A stretch of 64,000 nucleotides of DNA, taken from assembly GCA_965261645.1 (NCBI GenBank), contig CBDHDJ010000004.1, forward strand, positions 2,040,752 to 2,104,751. The letters are read 5' to 3'. Below the pieces are notes generated by a model, which was given only the letters and a program-made list of their open reading frames with translations, was not told the origin of the DNA and searched no databases. Origin of the DNA: Alphaproteobacteria bacterium. Lineage in GTDB: Bacteria > Pseudomonadota > Alphaproteobacteria > SHVV01. Each line of letters begins with the position of its first letter. Position 1 is the first letter of the stretch. The position numbers and the translations under genes are program-made. Below are positions 1 to 9,079 of the stretch, one piece after another.

Positions 1-2
1 CT

Positions 3-536
3 ATGGGCCCGCGCGTCGAGAGCGAGTTTGCCGTGCGCATCGGTGAGGACGTGCCCGTGGATGGCGCGCCCTATACGCGGGACAGCATCGGCGAGTTCGT
101 CGCCGAATGCTTGGCCGGTATCGAGCTGGTCGATCCGCGCATGGAGTATGCCGATTATGGCGTTCCCTTCGGCGGCCTGATGATCGCCGACTATGGCGGC
201 AACTGGGGCGCGGTCTTCGGCCATGGCCGGACCGACTGGAAACATCTCGATCTCGCCGCGCTGCGCACGCGCATCATCATCGACGGCAAGGAGGCCGATA
301 CCGGCACCGGCGCCGATCTCGCGGTGCACCCGCCGGGCCATCCCTTCGAGATTCTCGCCTGGCTGACCAACCATCTCATCAGGTTCGGCGGCCGCAGGGC
401 GTTGCCGGCCAGCCTGCGCGAGGGCGATCTCCTACTGCTCGGCTCGGCGGTCGTCAGCCAGTACGGCTTCAAAGCGCCGGCCGAGATGATCTGCGAGTGG
501 GACGAGCTCGGCGCGGCCCGGGTGCGCTGGGAATAA
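3..536 (+). CDS. FAH-fold 2-keto-4-pentenoate hydratase / 2-oxohepta-3-ene-1,7-dioate hydratase family protein (MhpD/HpcG-like), C-terminal part; 5' end lies outside the window
   Basis: The ORF aligns position for position with the C-terminal ~177 aa of the three downstream paralogs (GPRVESEFAVRIGED..., ADLAVHPPGHPFEILAW...). The acidic VESEF / IELVD pattern is typical of this hydratase/decarboxylase family. Confidence 0.7.
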   Translation: MGPRVESEFAVRIGEDVPVDGAPYTRDSIGEFVAECLAGIELVDPRMEYADYGVPFGGLMIADYGGNWGAVFGHGRTDWKHLDLAALRTRIIIDGKEADTGTGADLAVHPPGHPFEILAWLTNHLIRFGGRRALPASLREGDLLLLGSAVVSQYGFKAPAEMICEWDELGAARVRWE

Positions 537-616
537 CACCACCACGACGATTGACCCGGTGCATCGCGCTGCCTAGGCTATCGGTCAAATCAACTGATTC
601 ACAAAGGGGGGATCAC

Positions 617-1516
617 ATGACACTCACTGCAGAACAGGCCAAGCAATCGGCCGAATATTTCGTCCGGGCGCGCCACGACCACAAGCTCATCCGCGATCTA
701 CCGGCCGATCTCGTTCCGCGCACGGAAGACGAAGGCTATGCCGTGCAGGATGCGGTGCTGACCTGGCACCAGGAAAACGAGAACGACGAGGTCGGCGGCT
801 ACAAGGCCGGGCTCGTCTCCTATCGCAACCGCGAGATTCTGGGTGGCTCGGAAGTGATCGGTTACGACAATCCGTGCTTCGCCGGTATCCGTAAGAGCAC
901 GATCTACCGCAACCTGTGCGTCATGAAGCAGGCCGAGTTCTGCGCCGCGCCCGAGCAGCCCCGGGAACCCATTCCCATCGCGCTCGGCCCCCGCGTCGAG
1001 AGCGAATTCGCCGTCCGCATCGGCGAGGACATGCCGGCCGCGAGCGCGCCCTACACGCCGGACAGCGTCCGCGAGTTCGTCGCCGAGTGCATGGCAGGCA
1101 TCGAGCTCGTCGATTGCCGCATGGAATATTTCGACTACGGCACGCCCAACGGCGCGCTGATGATCGCCGATTACGGCTCGAACTGGGGTGCGGTCTTCGG
1201 CGGCGGGCGAACCGACTGGCAGCACCTCGATCTCGCCGCGTTGCGCACCAAAATCTCCGCCAACGGCAAGGAGATCGACACCGGCACCGGCGCCGATCTC
1301 GCGGTCCACCCGCCGGGCCATCCGTTCGAGATCCTGGCGTGGATGGCCAATCACCTGGCCAAGTTCGGCGGCCGCGAGACCCTCCCCAACCATCTTCGCA
1401 AGGGCGACATGCTCATCCTCGGTTCGGCCACGGTGAGCTATTACGGCTGGGAGCCGCCGATCGACATCGTCTGCGAGTGGGAGGAGTTGGGCGAAGCCCG
1501 CGCCCGCTGGGAGTAG
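617..1516 (+). CDS. MhpD/HpcG-like FAH-fold hydratase/decarboxylase family protein, paralog 2 (299 aa)
   Basis: ATG at 617 follows AAAGGGGGG. The N-terminus MTLTAEQAKQSAEYF matches the starts of paralogs 3 and 4. The ORF-track entry 107..1516 is an upstream extension that runs through gene 1 in another frame. Confidence 0.75.
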   Translation: MTLTAEQAKQSAEYFVRARHDHKLIRDLPADLVPRTEDEGYAVQDAVLTWHQENENDEVGGYKAGLVSYRNREILGGSEVIGYDNPCFAGIRKSTIYRNLCVMKQAEFCAAPEQPREPIPIALGPRVESEFAVRIGEDMPAASAPYTPDSVREFVAECMAGIELVDCRMEYFDYGTPNGALMIADYGSNWGAVFGGGRTDWQHLDLAALRTKISANGKEIDTGTGADLAVHPPGHPFEILAWMANHLAKFGGRETLPNHLRKGDMLILGSATVSYYGWEPPIDIVCEWEELGEARARWE

Positions 1517-1592
1517 CACGACCGCATCGCGTGAGCTTATGGTTCACGCTGCGTACACGATGGTTCAGATCAACAGAATCGCAGGGGACCGC

Positions 1593-2492
1593 ATGACTTT
1601 AACGGCCGAGCAAATCAAGCAGACAGCCGAGTATTTCATTCGGGCGCGCCGCGAGCACCAGCTCATCCGCACCATGCCGGAGGAGCTTATCCCGCGCACG
1701 GAAGACGAAGGCTATGCCGTCCAGGACGCTGTCATGACCTGGCACCGGGACAATGAGAACGACGAGATCGGTGGCTTCAAGGCCGGGGTGGTGTCCTACA
1801 AAAACCGTCAGCTCATTGGTGGTAAGGAGGCCCTCGGATTCGACAGTCCCGCCTTTGGCGGCATTCGCAAGAGCACGATCTACCGCGACGAGGCCATCGT
1901 GAAACAGGCCGATTTTTGCCCGGCGCCCGAAAAGATCCGGGAACCCATTGCGATCGCGGTCGGCCCCCGGGTGGAAAGCGAATTCGCCGTTCGCATCGGT
2001 GAGGATATCCCGGCCGACGGCGTGCCTTACACGCGAGACAGCGTTCGTGAGTTTGTCGCCGAATGCATGGTGGGTATCGAGCTGGTCGATTGCCACGCCG
2101 AGTTTTTTGACTTCGGCTTACCCAATGGCGCCCTGCAAATCGCCGATTATTGCGGCAATTGGGGCGCGGTCTTCGGCCATGGGCGGACGGACTGGAACCA
2201 TCTCGATCTCGCGGCGCTGCGCACCAAGATTTCCGCCAACGGCAAGGAAATCGATACGGGCAGCGGCGCCGATCTTGCCGTTCACCCGCCGGGCCATCCG
2301 TTCGAGATTCTCGCCTGGATTGCCAATCACCTGGCCAAGTTCGGCGGCCGGGAGACGCTGCCCAACCATATCCGTAAGGGCGACTTTCTGCTCTTGGGCT
2401 CGGCGACGGTGAGCTATCACAGCTGGGAGCCGCCGGTCGACATTCTCGCCGAATGGGACGAGTTGGGCGAAGCGCGCGCCCGCTGGGAGTAG
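1593..2492 (+). CDS. MhpD/HpcG-like FAH-fold hydratase/decarboxylase family protein, paralog 3 (299 aa)
   Basis: ATG at 1593 gives MTLTAEQIKQTAEYF. It has the same length as paralogs 2 and 4 and is highly similar throughout. Confidence 0.75.
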   Translation: MTLTAEQIKQTAEYFIRARREHQLIRTMPEELIPRTEDEGYAVQDAVMTWHRDNENDEIGGFKAGVVSYKNRQLIGGKEALGFDSPAFGGIRKSTIYRDEAIVKQADFCPAPEKIREPIAIAVGPRVESEFAVRIGEDIPADGVPYTRDSVREFVAECMVGIELVDCHAEFFDFGLPNGALQIADYCGNWGAVFGHGRTDWNHLDLAALRTKISANGKEIDTGSGADLAVHPPGHPFEILAWIANHLAKFGGRETLPNHIRKGDFLLLGSATVSYHSWEPPVDILAEWDELGEARARWE

Positions 2493-2501
2493 AGCGACCG
2501 C

Positions 2502-3401
2502 ATGACGTTGACCGCCGAGCAGATCAGACAATCGTCCGAGTATTTCATCCGGGCACGGCATGACCACAAGCTCATCCGCGACCTGCCGGACCAGCTTGTC
2601 CCGCGCACGGAAGACGAGGGCTATGCCGTGCATGATGCGGTGTTGACGTGGCACAAGGAAAACGAGAACGACGAGGTCGGCGGCTACAAGGCCGGGATGG
2701 TCTCCTACCGCAACCGCGAGATTATGGGCGGCACGGAGGCCGTCGGGTTTGACAACCCGGTGCTTGCCGGCATCCGCAAGAGCACGATCTACCGCGATCA
2801 GGCCATCATGAAACAAACCGAGTATTGCGCCCCGCCGGAAAAGCTCAGCGAGCCCATTGCCATCGCGGTCGGGCCCCGGGTCGAGAGCGAATTCGCCGTG
2901 CGCATCGGCGAGGACATGCCGGCCGCAGGCGTGCCCTATACACAGGACAGCGTTCGTGAGTTTGTCGCCGAGTGCATGGCAGGCATCGAGCTCGTCGATC
3001 CGCGCATGGAGTATTTCGACTACGGCACACCCAACGGCGCGTTGATGATTGCCGACTATGGCGGCAATTGGGGTGCCGTCTTCGGCCAGGGCCGGACGGA
3101 CTGGCACAATCTCGATCTCGCAGCACTACGCACCAAGATCTCCGCTGACGGCAGGGAGATCGACACCGGAATCGGCGCCGATCTCGCGGTCCACCCGCCG
3201 GGCCATCCACTCCGAATCCTCGCCTGGATGGCCAATCACCTGGCCAAGTTCGGCGGGCGGGAGACGCTCCCTGACCATATCCGCAAGGACGATCTGATCA
3301 TCCTCGGTTCGGCCACGATTAGCTATTACGGCTGGGAGCCGCCGGTCGATATTCTGTGCGAATGGGAGGAGTTGGGCGAAGCGCGCGCCCGTTGGGAGTA
3401 A
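2502..3401 (+). CDS. MhpD/HpcG-like FAH-fold hydratase/decarboxylase family protein, paralog 4 (299 aa)
   Basis: ORF 2502..3401 begins MTLTAEQIRQSSEYF, only 9 nt after the stop of paralog 3. Confidence 0.75.
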   Translation: MTLTAEQIRQSSEYFIRARHDHKLIRDLPDQLVPRTEDEGYAVHDAVLTWHKENENDEVGGYKAGMVSYRNREIMGGTEAVGFDNPVLAGIRKSTIYRDQAIMKQTEYCAPPEKLSEPIAIAVGPRVESEFAVRIGEDMPAAGVPYTQDSVREFVAECMAGIELVDPRMEYFDYGTPNGALMIADYGGNWGAVFGQGRTDWHNLDLAALRTKISADGREIDTGIGADLAVHPPGHPLRILAWMANHLAKFGGRETLPDHIRKDDLIILGSATISYYGWEPPVDILCEWEELGEARARWE

Positions 3402-3436
3402 GCGTTAGGCAGCCGGGCGACCGGTCGAGAAAATTG

Positions 3437-3466
3437 GGGCGGCGCTTGGCGCCGCCCATTCTTTTG
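3437..3466 (+). terminator. Rho-independent terminator candidate after the hydratase array
   Basis: A perfect 9-bp GC stem (GGGCGGCGC at 3437-3445, GCGCCGCCC at 3449-3457) is followed by ATTCTTTTG. Confidence 0.6.
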
Positions 3467-3555
3467 CGGCGACCGAATAGGTGCGAGCTATCCCGGATCG
3501 GGCTATAAGCCGCCCCTCGCCCCTTAAGGGACGCTCATAAACGAAGGAATCGACC

Positions 3556-4221
3556 ATGGCCAGCCGAACGATTTCGCTGACCGCCGAATTGACGGACTAC
3601 CTGCGCACGGTTGCGGTGCGCGAGCCCGACATCCTCCGCCGCTTGCGCGCTGAGACCGAGGGTGTCAAGGGCGCGATGATGCAGATCACGCCCGAGCAGG
3701 GGGCGCTGATGGCGCTGTTGGTGCAACTGATCGGGGCGCGGCGCACCCTCGAGATCGGCGTTTACACCGGCTACAGCTCGCTCGCCGTCGCGCTGGCCCT
3801 GCCCGAGGACGGCCGCATCACCGCGTGCGATATCAACGAGGAGTGGACGTCGATCGCCCGGCGCTACTGGGACGAGGCCGGAATCGCCCACAAGATCGAT
3901 CTCAACCTGGCGCCGGCGGTGGCGACCCTGGAAAGGCTCGTCGCTGAGGGCCAGAACGGGGCTTACGATTTTGCCTTCATCGACGCGGACAAGGAGAACT
4001 ACGACACTTATTACGAGCGCGCCCTCGAGCTCGTGCGCCCGGGCGGCCTCCTTGCCATCGACAATGTGCTGTGGGACGGCAACGTCATCGACAAGAACAA
4101 GACCGATGCGATGACCGAGGCGATCCGCGCCATCAACGAAAAAGTGCGCACTGACGAGCGCGTCAGCATCTGCATGGTGCCGATCGGCGACGGGCTCACC
4201 CTAGCCGTCAAACGCCCGTAA
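3556..4221 (+). CDS. Class I SAM-dependent O-methyltransferase (caffeoyl-CoA O-methyltransferase-like, family 3)
   Basis: 221 aa containing LEIGVYTGYSSLAVALAL (SAM-binding motif), FAFIDADKENY and GGLLAIDNVLW, all typical of cation-dependent OMT family 3. Confidence 0.75.
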   Translation: MASRTISLTAELTDYLRTVAVREPDILRRLRAETEGVKGAMMQITPEQGALMALLVQLIGARRTLEIGVYTGYSSLAVALALPEDGRITACDINEEWTSIARRYWDEAGIAHKIDLNLAPAVATLERLVAEGQNGAYDFAFIDADKENYDTYYERALELVRPGGLLAIDNVLWDGNVIDKNKTDAMTEAIRAINEKVRTDERVSICMVPIGDGLTLAVKRP

Positions 4222-4301
4222 CGTCCCTTTCGCACGCGCCACTTCGTGATAGTCTTTCTCCCGCAGGGAGAACGTCCACACCAATTTCTGGAAAGATCGC
4301 G

Positions 4302-6659
4302 ATGTATATCGGCAAGGCCCTCAGGCGCCGGGAGGATGGGCGCTTCTTGCGCGGACGCGGCACCTACGTCGACGACGTGACGCTGCCCAACACAGCTTCC
4401 GCCGCTTTCGTGCGCAGCCCCCACGCCCACGCCATCATCAAGGGATTTTTGACCGACCGGGCGAAAGCCATGCCCGGCGTCCTTGCCGTGATCACGGCCG
4501 AGGACTGGCGGGCGGCGGGCCTCGGCGAAGCGCCCGTCGTGTGGGAAATCGCCTCGCGTGACGGCCAGCCGATGAACGAGATCGCCCGGCCCATCCTGAC
4601 GGAAGACTGCGCGCGTTTCGTCGGCGATACGCTCGCCATGGTGGTGGCCGAGACGCCCCATCAGGCGCGCGACGCGGCCGAGGCCGTCGAGGTCGATTAC
4701 GACCCGCAGCCGGCCATGGTCGATCTCGCCCATGCGCTCGACGATGGCGTGCCGCTGGTGCATGAGGCGTTCGGCACCAACCGCTGCTTCGACTACGAGC
4801 GCGGCGATGCCAAAGCGGTCGAGGCGGCGTTCGCCAAGGCGGCCCATGTCACCAAGCTCCAGCTCAACAGCAATCGCCTGGCGCCGAGCCCGATCGAGCC
4901 GCGCGCCGTGCTCGGTCAATTCGATTCGGTCAGCGATCACTACACGCTCTGGACCACTACACAGAACCCCCACATGGTTCGCCGCTGGCTGGCCGAGAAC
5001 TCGCTCCTGGTGCCGGAACACAAGATCCGCGTCGTCTCGCCGGATGTGGGCGGCGGCTTCGGCCAGAAGATTTATCACTATCCCGAGGAGCCGGCCGTTC
5101 TCTGGGCGTCCAAGATGACCGGGCGGCCGGTGCGTTGGACCTCGTCACGCACCGAAGCGTTTTTGGTCGATACGCACGCGCGCGATCACGTCACCATCGG
5201 TGAGATGGCGTTCGCCGAGGACGGCATCATCCTCGCCGTGCGCTGCGAGACGATCGCCAATATGGGGGCTTATTTGAGTCCGTTCGGCGCTTGCGTGCCG
5301 CCTTTCGCCGCCGTGATGCTGCCTGGCGTTTATACGACGGGGGCGGCGTTCGTGCGCGTCCGCGGCGCCTTCACCCATACCACGCCGGTCGATGCCTATC
5401 GCGGCGCTGGCCGGCCCGAGTTCCTGTTCGTCCATGAGCGCCTGCTCGAGAACGGCGCGCGCGAGATGGGGATCGATGCGGCCGAGCTACGCGAGCGGAA
5501 TTTCATCCAGCCCGAGCAATTCCCCTACACCTCGCCGCTCGAGGTGACTTACGATTCGGGCGATCTGCCCGGGCTCATGAGCAAGCTCAAGGACCTCGGT
5601 CATTACACGGAGCTGCGGGCCGAGCAGGCGCGGCTGCGCGATGAGGGCACGCTGATGGGCATCGGCTTCGCGGCCTTCATGGACAGCTCGGGATTTGGCC
5701 CGAGCAAGGCCCTCGCCGCAAGCGGCGGGCGCGTCGGCGGTTGGGACATGGCCAACGTGCGCATCCATCCCACCGGCAAGGTGACCGTATTCTGCGGTAG
5801 CCACAATCACGGCCAGGGCCACGCTACGAGCTTCGCCCAGGTCGTCGCCGACAAGCTCGGCTGCGATTTTGAGGATGTCGAGATCGTCGAGGGCGATACC
5901 GACAGGATCCCGTACGGCACTGGCACTTACGCGTCGCGGTCGATGTCGGTCACCGGCGCGGCCATGGCGGTGTCGACCGAGCGCATCATCGCCAAAGGGA
6001 GCAGGCTTGCGGCCCATTTGCTGGAAGCTGCCGAGACCGACATCGCCTTCGAGGACGGCAGCTTCGTCGTTCAGGGCACCGACCGCAAGCTCACCTTCAA
6101 GGAGGTCACCCACGCCGCCTATTACGGTGCGGACTATCCCGAGGGCTTCGAGCTCGGGCTCGAGGAGACGGTCTATTACGATCCGCCCGACTTCAACTAT
6201 CCCTCGGCGATTCACCTCTGCGTCGTGTTCGTCGATGCCGAAACCGGCAAGGTCAGCTTGCGGGACTACAGCGCCGCTGATGATGTCGGCGTGATGATCA
6301 ACCCGATGATCATCGAAGGGCAGATTCACGGCGGCCTGGTGCAGGGAATTGGCGCCGCGCTGATGGAGGATTGCCGCTACGACGGCGAGTCCGGGCAGCT
6401 CGTGGCGGGCAGCTTCATGGACTACGGCATGCCACGGGCCGTGGATATCCCGCTTTTCGGTCTCGTCGCGCAGGAGACGCCAGCGCCGGGCAATCCGCTT
6501 GGCGTCAAGGGCGCCGGCGAAAGCGGCACCATCGGCGCGCCGTCGGCGGTCGTCAATGCGGTCGTCGATGCCCTGTGGCATCTCGGCGTCCGTAACATCG
6601 AGCCGCCGGTTACTCCGGCGCGGGTCCGCGACGCGATCCAGGCCGCCGTGCGGCATTGA
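4302..6659 (+). CDS. Xanthine dehydrogenase / aerobic CO dehydrogenase family molybdopterin-binding large subunit (form-II CoxL-like), 785 aa
   Basis: N-terminus GKALRRREDGRFLRGRGTYVDDV, loop VDAYRGAGRPE (form-II type rather than the AYxCSFR of true CODH), and C-terminal NPLGVKGAGESG. It is closely similar to the gene at 53392..55749. Confidence 0.8.
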   Translation: MYIGKALRRREDGRFLRGRGTYVDDVTLPNTASAAFVRSPHAHAIIKGFLTDRAKAMPGVLAVITAEDWRAAGLGEAPVVWEIASRDGQPMNEIARPILTEDCARFVGDTLAMVVAETPHQARDAAEAVEVDYDPQPAMVDLAHALDDGVPLVHEAFGTNRCFDYERGDAKAVEAAFAKAAHVTKLQLNSNRLAPSPIEPRAVLGQFDSVSDHYTLWTTTQNPHMVRRWLAENSLLVPEHKIRVVSPDVGGGFGQKIYHYPEEPAVLWASKMTGRPVRWTSSRTEAFLVDTHARDHVTIGEMAFAEDGIILAVRCETIANMGAYLSPFGACVPPFAAVMLPGVYTTGAAFVRVRGAFTHTTPVDAYRGAGRPEFLFVHERLLENGAREMGIDAAELRERNFIQPEQFPYTSPLEVTYDSGDLPGLMSKLKDLGHYTELRAEQARLRDEGTLMGIGFAAFMDSSGFGPSKALAASGGRVGGWDMANVRIHPTGKVTVFCGSHNHGQGHATSFAQVVADKLGCDFEDVEIVEGDTDRIPYGTGTYASRSMSVTGAAMAVSTERIIAKGSRLAAHLLEAAETDIAFEDGSFVVQGTDRKLTFKEVTHAAYYGADYPEGFELGLEETVYYDPPDFNYPSAIHLCVVFVDAETGKVSLRDYSAADDVGVMINPMIIEGQIHGGLVQGIGAALMEDCRYDGESGQLVAGSFMDYGMPRAVDIPLFGLVAQETPAPGNPLGVKGAGESGTIGAPSAVVNAVVDALWHLGVRNIEPPVTPARVRDAIQAAVRH

Positions 6660-6722
6660 TGCTGCCCGCTCGTAGAGCTCCCGCGTCGTGACCGAAGACG
6701 GCGATGCCATCGTGCAGGCGTC

Positions 6723-7685
6723 GTGATGTCGAGCGCCGACGCGCGGCCGGAGGCGCCGCGAGGTGCGAGTCAAGGCTTCTTCATCCGCAACGCCTGGGCG
6801 CCCTATGCGATCGCTCTGGTCCCCATGCTGTGCTGGTCCGGCGCCACGGTCTTGGCGCGCGCCATCCGCCAAGACATTCCCCCGATGGGGTTGGTGCTTT
6901 CTCAGTCCGTGATCGCCGCGCTGATCCTGCTGCCTTTCCTGTTGCCGCGGCTACGCGCGCAGATGCCGGTCATCCTGCGGCACTGGAAGCTGATGCTGGC
7001 GCTCGGTGTAACGCAGCTCGTTACCGGTCAGGGACTACTCTACATCGCGCTTCACACGACAACGGCGATCAACGCGGGCCTGATCGTCGCGACGCAGCCC
7101 GCGGTCATCATGGCGCTCGCTTGGCTTCTGCTGCGCAACGTGATCACCCTTCGCCAAGGCGCGGGTCTGCTCATCGCCCTGATCGGCGTTTTGGCCATCA
7201 TCACGCGGGGGGAGCCTGCGGCGCTGTTCGATCTCAGCCTGGTGATCGGCGATCTGTGGATGCAACTCGTCGTCACCAGTTTTTCTCTCTATGTCGTGTT
7301 GATCACGAAGTACGCGCCTAAGGAGCTCAATCCCTTCGTTCTGTTTTTCGCCATGATTGTCGCGGCGATTTTCTTCCTCCTGCCGATCCATATCGGCGAG
7401 GCGATGATCACCGGGGAGCGTGTCATGTTCGACGGCGTGACCTTCGTCACCGTGCTTTACATGGCGGTGTTCAGTACGATTTTGGCGCTCGTCTGCCTCA
7501 ACGTCGCCATCGCCCATATCGGCCCGGGGCGGCTCGGCATCTTCTACTACCTCATACCCGTGATTACCGCGCTCTTGGCGATGGTGCTGCTGGGCGAAGC
7601 GTTTCATCTTTATCATCTGGTCGCCGTCGTCCTGGTGTTGGGCGGCGTGTATATCTCGAGCCGTTCGCGCGTGAGTCGCTCATGA
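6723..7685 (+). CDS. DMT superfamily (EamA-like) transporter
   Basis: 320 aa and about 10 hydrophobic segments in a two-EamA-repeat-like layout. The stop overlaps the next start (ATGA at 7682). Confidence 0.6.
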   Translation: MMSSADARPEAPRGASQGFFIRNAWAPYAIALVPMLCWSGATVLARAIRQDIPPMGLVLSQSVIAALILLPFLLPRLRAQMPVILRHWKLMLALGVTQLVTGQGLLYIALHTTTAINAGLIVATQPAVIMALAWLLLRNVITLRQGAGLLIALIGVLAIITRGEPAALFDLSLVIGDLWMQLVVTSFSLYVVLITKYAPKELNPFVLFFAMIVAAIFFLLPIHIGEAMITGERVMFDGVTFVTVLYMAVFSTILALVCLNVAIAHIGPGRLGIFYYLIPVITALLAMVLLGEAFHLYHLVAVVLVLGGVYISSRSRVSRS

Positions 7686-8905
7686 CCGAGGCGGCGCCTG
7701 CGGTCGCGGGTTTGCGCACGCGCTGGGACATCATTCTTTTGTGCTTCTTTGCTGGCTTGATTACGGCGATGCAGATCGGCAAGGTGCCGCCGGCCATGTC
7801 GGAGTTGCGTGTCGATCTCGGGATCGGCATGGTCGGCGTGAGCTGGGTCGCTTCGATCTTCACGCTGATCGGCGCGCTCCTCGGGGTCGGCGCCGGTGTG
7901 GCGAGCGACCGGCTCGGCCACCGCACCGTGATGGCCATCAGCCTCGCTTGTATCGGCGCGGGCAGCGTGCTCGGCGCGCTCAGCGACACCTTGATCCTGC
8001 TGCTCCTCACCCGGGCCGTGGAAGGGATCGGCTTCATCGGCATGCTGGTTTCGATTCCCTCGCTCGTCATCGAATCCTCGCGGCCCGACGAGCGCGAGTT
8101 TACCCTCGGCATCATCAGCCCGTTCTTTCCGTTGGGCTTTGCCGGCATGATGGTGCTCTCGCCATTGCTGCTCGAGGACTATGGCTGGCGCAGCCTGTGG
8201 TACTTCAACGCCGTCGTGGCCGGGGTCTTTCTCGTCATCTTCCTTTACGGAACCCGTGATCTGTCGAACTTGCCGGGGGCAAGGGGCGAGATACCTAAGA
8301 TGGGCCTGGCGGACATCTTACGCGATGTGTTCCGTCCCGGGCCGCTGGCGCTCGCCATGGCGTTCTTCATCTACGGCGTGCAGTGGTACGGCTTAAGTTT
8401 GTGGCTGCCGACCTTCCTCGTCGAGGACCAGGCCAAAACGGTCGCCGCGGCTGCTTTGCTCGGTGCCCTAGCGGTGTTTCTGAACGGCGCCGGCAACTTC
8501 ATCACCGCCTGGCTCCTGCGCTTCGGCGTTTCGCGATGGTTTCTCCTCGCCCTCGGACCGACTGCCATGGGGCTGCTCGCCTTCGGCATCTATCCGGCGG
8601 GAATCGATGGTGACGTGAAGATTTGGCTGGCGATGACCTACGCGCTGCTGAGCGGCGTGCTGGCGCCGACGATTCTGGCCTCGGTCCCGGTCCATGCGGC
8701 CTCGGCAGACCAGATCGGCTCCGTCAACGGCATCGTCATGCAGACCAACAGCATCGGGTTCCTCGTCGCGCCGCCCCTATTTGCGGCGGTGGTCACGGCA
8801 ACGGCGGGCTGGGGCGCCTCCGCCTGGGTCATGTTGATCGCCGGCACTATCGGCGTCGCCTCGGCCGTGGTCCTTCGTGGATTGGAGCGTCGCGACGCGC
8901 GTTGA
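7682..8905 (+). CDS. MFS transporter, paralog 1 (407 aa)
   Basis: Polytopic membrane protein with an MFS-like N-terminus (LLCFFAGLITAMQIGKVPP...). It is clearly homologous to 9080..10303. Confidence 0.65.
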   Translation: MTEAAPAVAGLRTRWDIILLCFFAGLITAMQIGKVPPAMSELRVDLGIGMVGVSWVASIFTLIGALLGVGAGVASDRLGHRTVMAISLACIGAGSVLGALSDTLILLLLTRAVEGIGFIGMLVSIPSLVIESSRPDEREFTLGIISPFFPLGFAGMMVLSPLLLEDYGWRSLWYFNAVVAGVFLVIFLYGTRDLSNLPGARGEIPKMGLADILRDVFRPGPLALAMAFFIYGVQWYGLSLWLPTFLVEDQAKTVAAAALLGALAVFLNGAGNFITAWLLRFGVSRWFLLALGPTAMGLLAFGIYPAGIDGDVKIWLAMTYALLSGVLAPTILASVPVHAASADQIGSVNGIVMQTNSIGFLVAPPLFAAVVTATAGWGASAWVMLIAGTIGVASAVVLRGLERRDAR

Positions 8906-9079
8906 TGCGCCGCAATCACCGGCGTATGTGTCGCCATCCGTTAAAAGAAAACCGCGTTATCTACATACTCGCCATGATTGTTTCGTCTGCGGTCCGAGTA
9001 TATGTGTGAGTGAAGACGCCGCATGATAACTGCGAAAGATTGATGCGGGCCGCGGCGTCATAAGTCGGGGGGAACGGTC

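Noticed and set aside
107-616. N-terminal extension of hydratase paralog 2 (ORF-track entry 107..1516, 469 aa).
   Set aside because: The extension reads through paralog 1 in a different frame and is Arg-rich nonsense. ATG 617 has an RBS and matches the starts of paralogs 3 and 4. The same reasoning was used to trim 1539, 10370, 14567, 23148..25757, 29854..30699, 30636, 31034..32254, 31795..32811, 36665, 39452, 41992, 43840, 45809, 52878..53312, 55894, 57596 and 59320.
4241-4262. A hairpin TTCTCCC-GCA-GGGAGAA between the O-methyltransferase and the first CoxL-like gene.
   Set aside because: It is a short 7-bp stem with no following U-tract, which is insufficient to call a terminator or attenuator.
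8906-9079. A relatively AT-rich intergenic region between the two MFS paralogs with an imperfect hairpin (GACGCCGCAT...ATGCGG..GCGGCGTC, about 9015-9059).
   Set aside because: The stem is imperfect, no T-run follows, and I recognise no known RNA motif. It is most likely just the promoter/leader of the second MFS gene.
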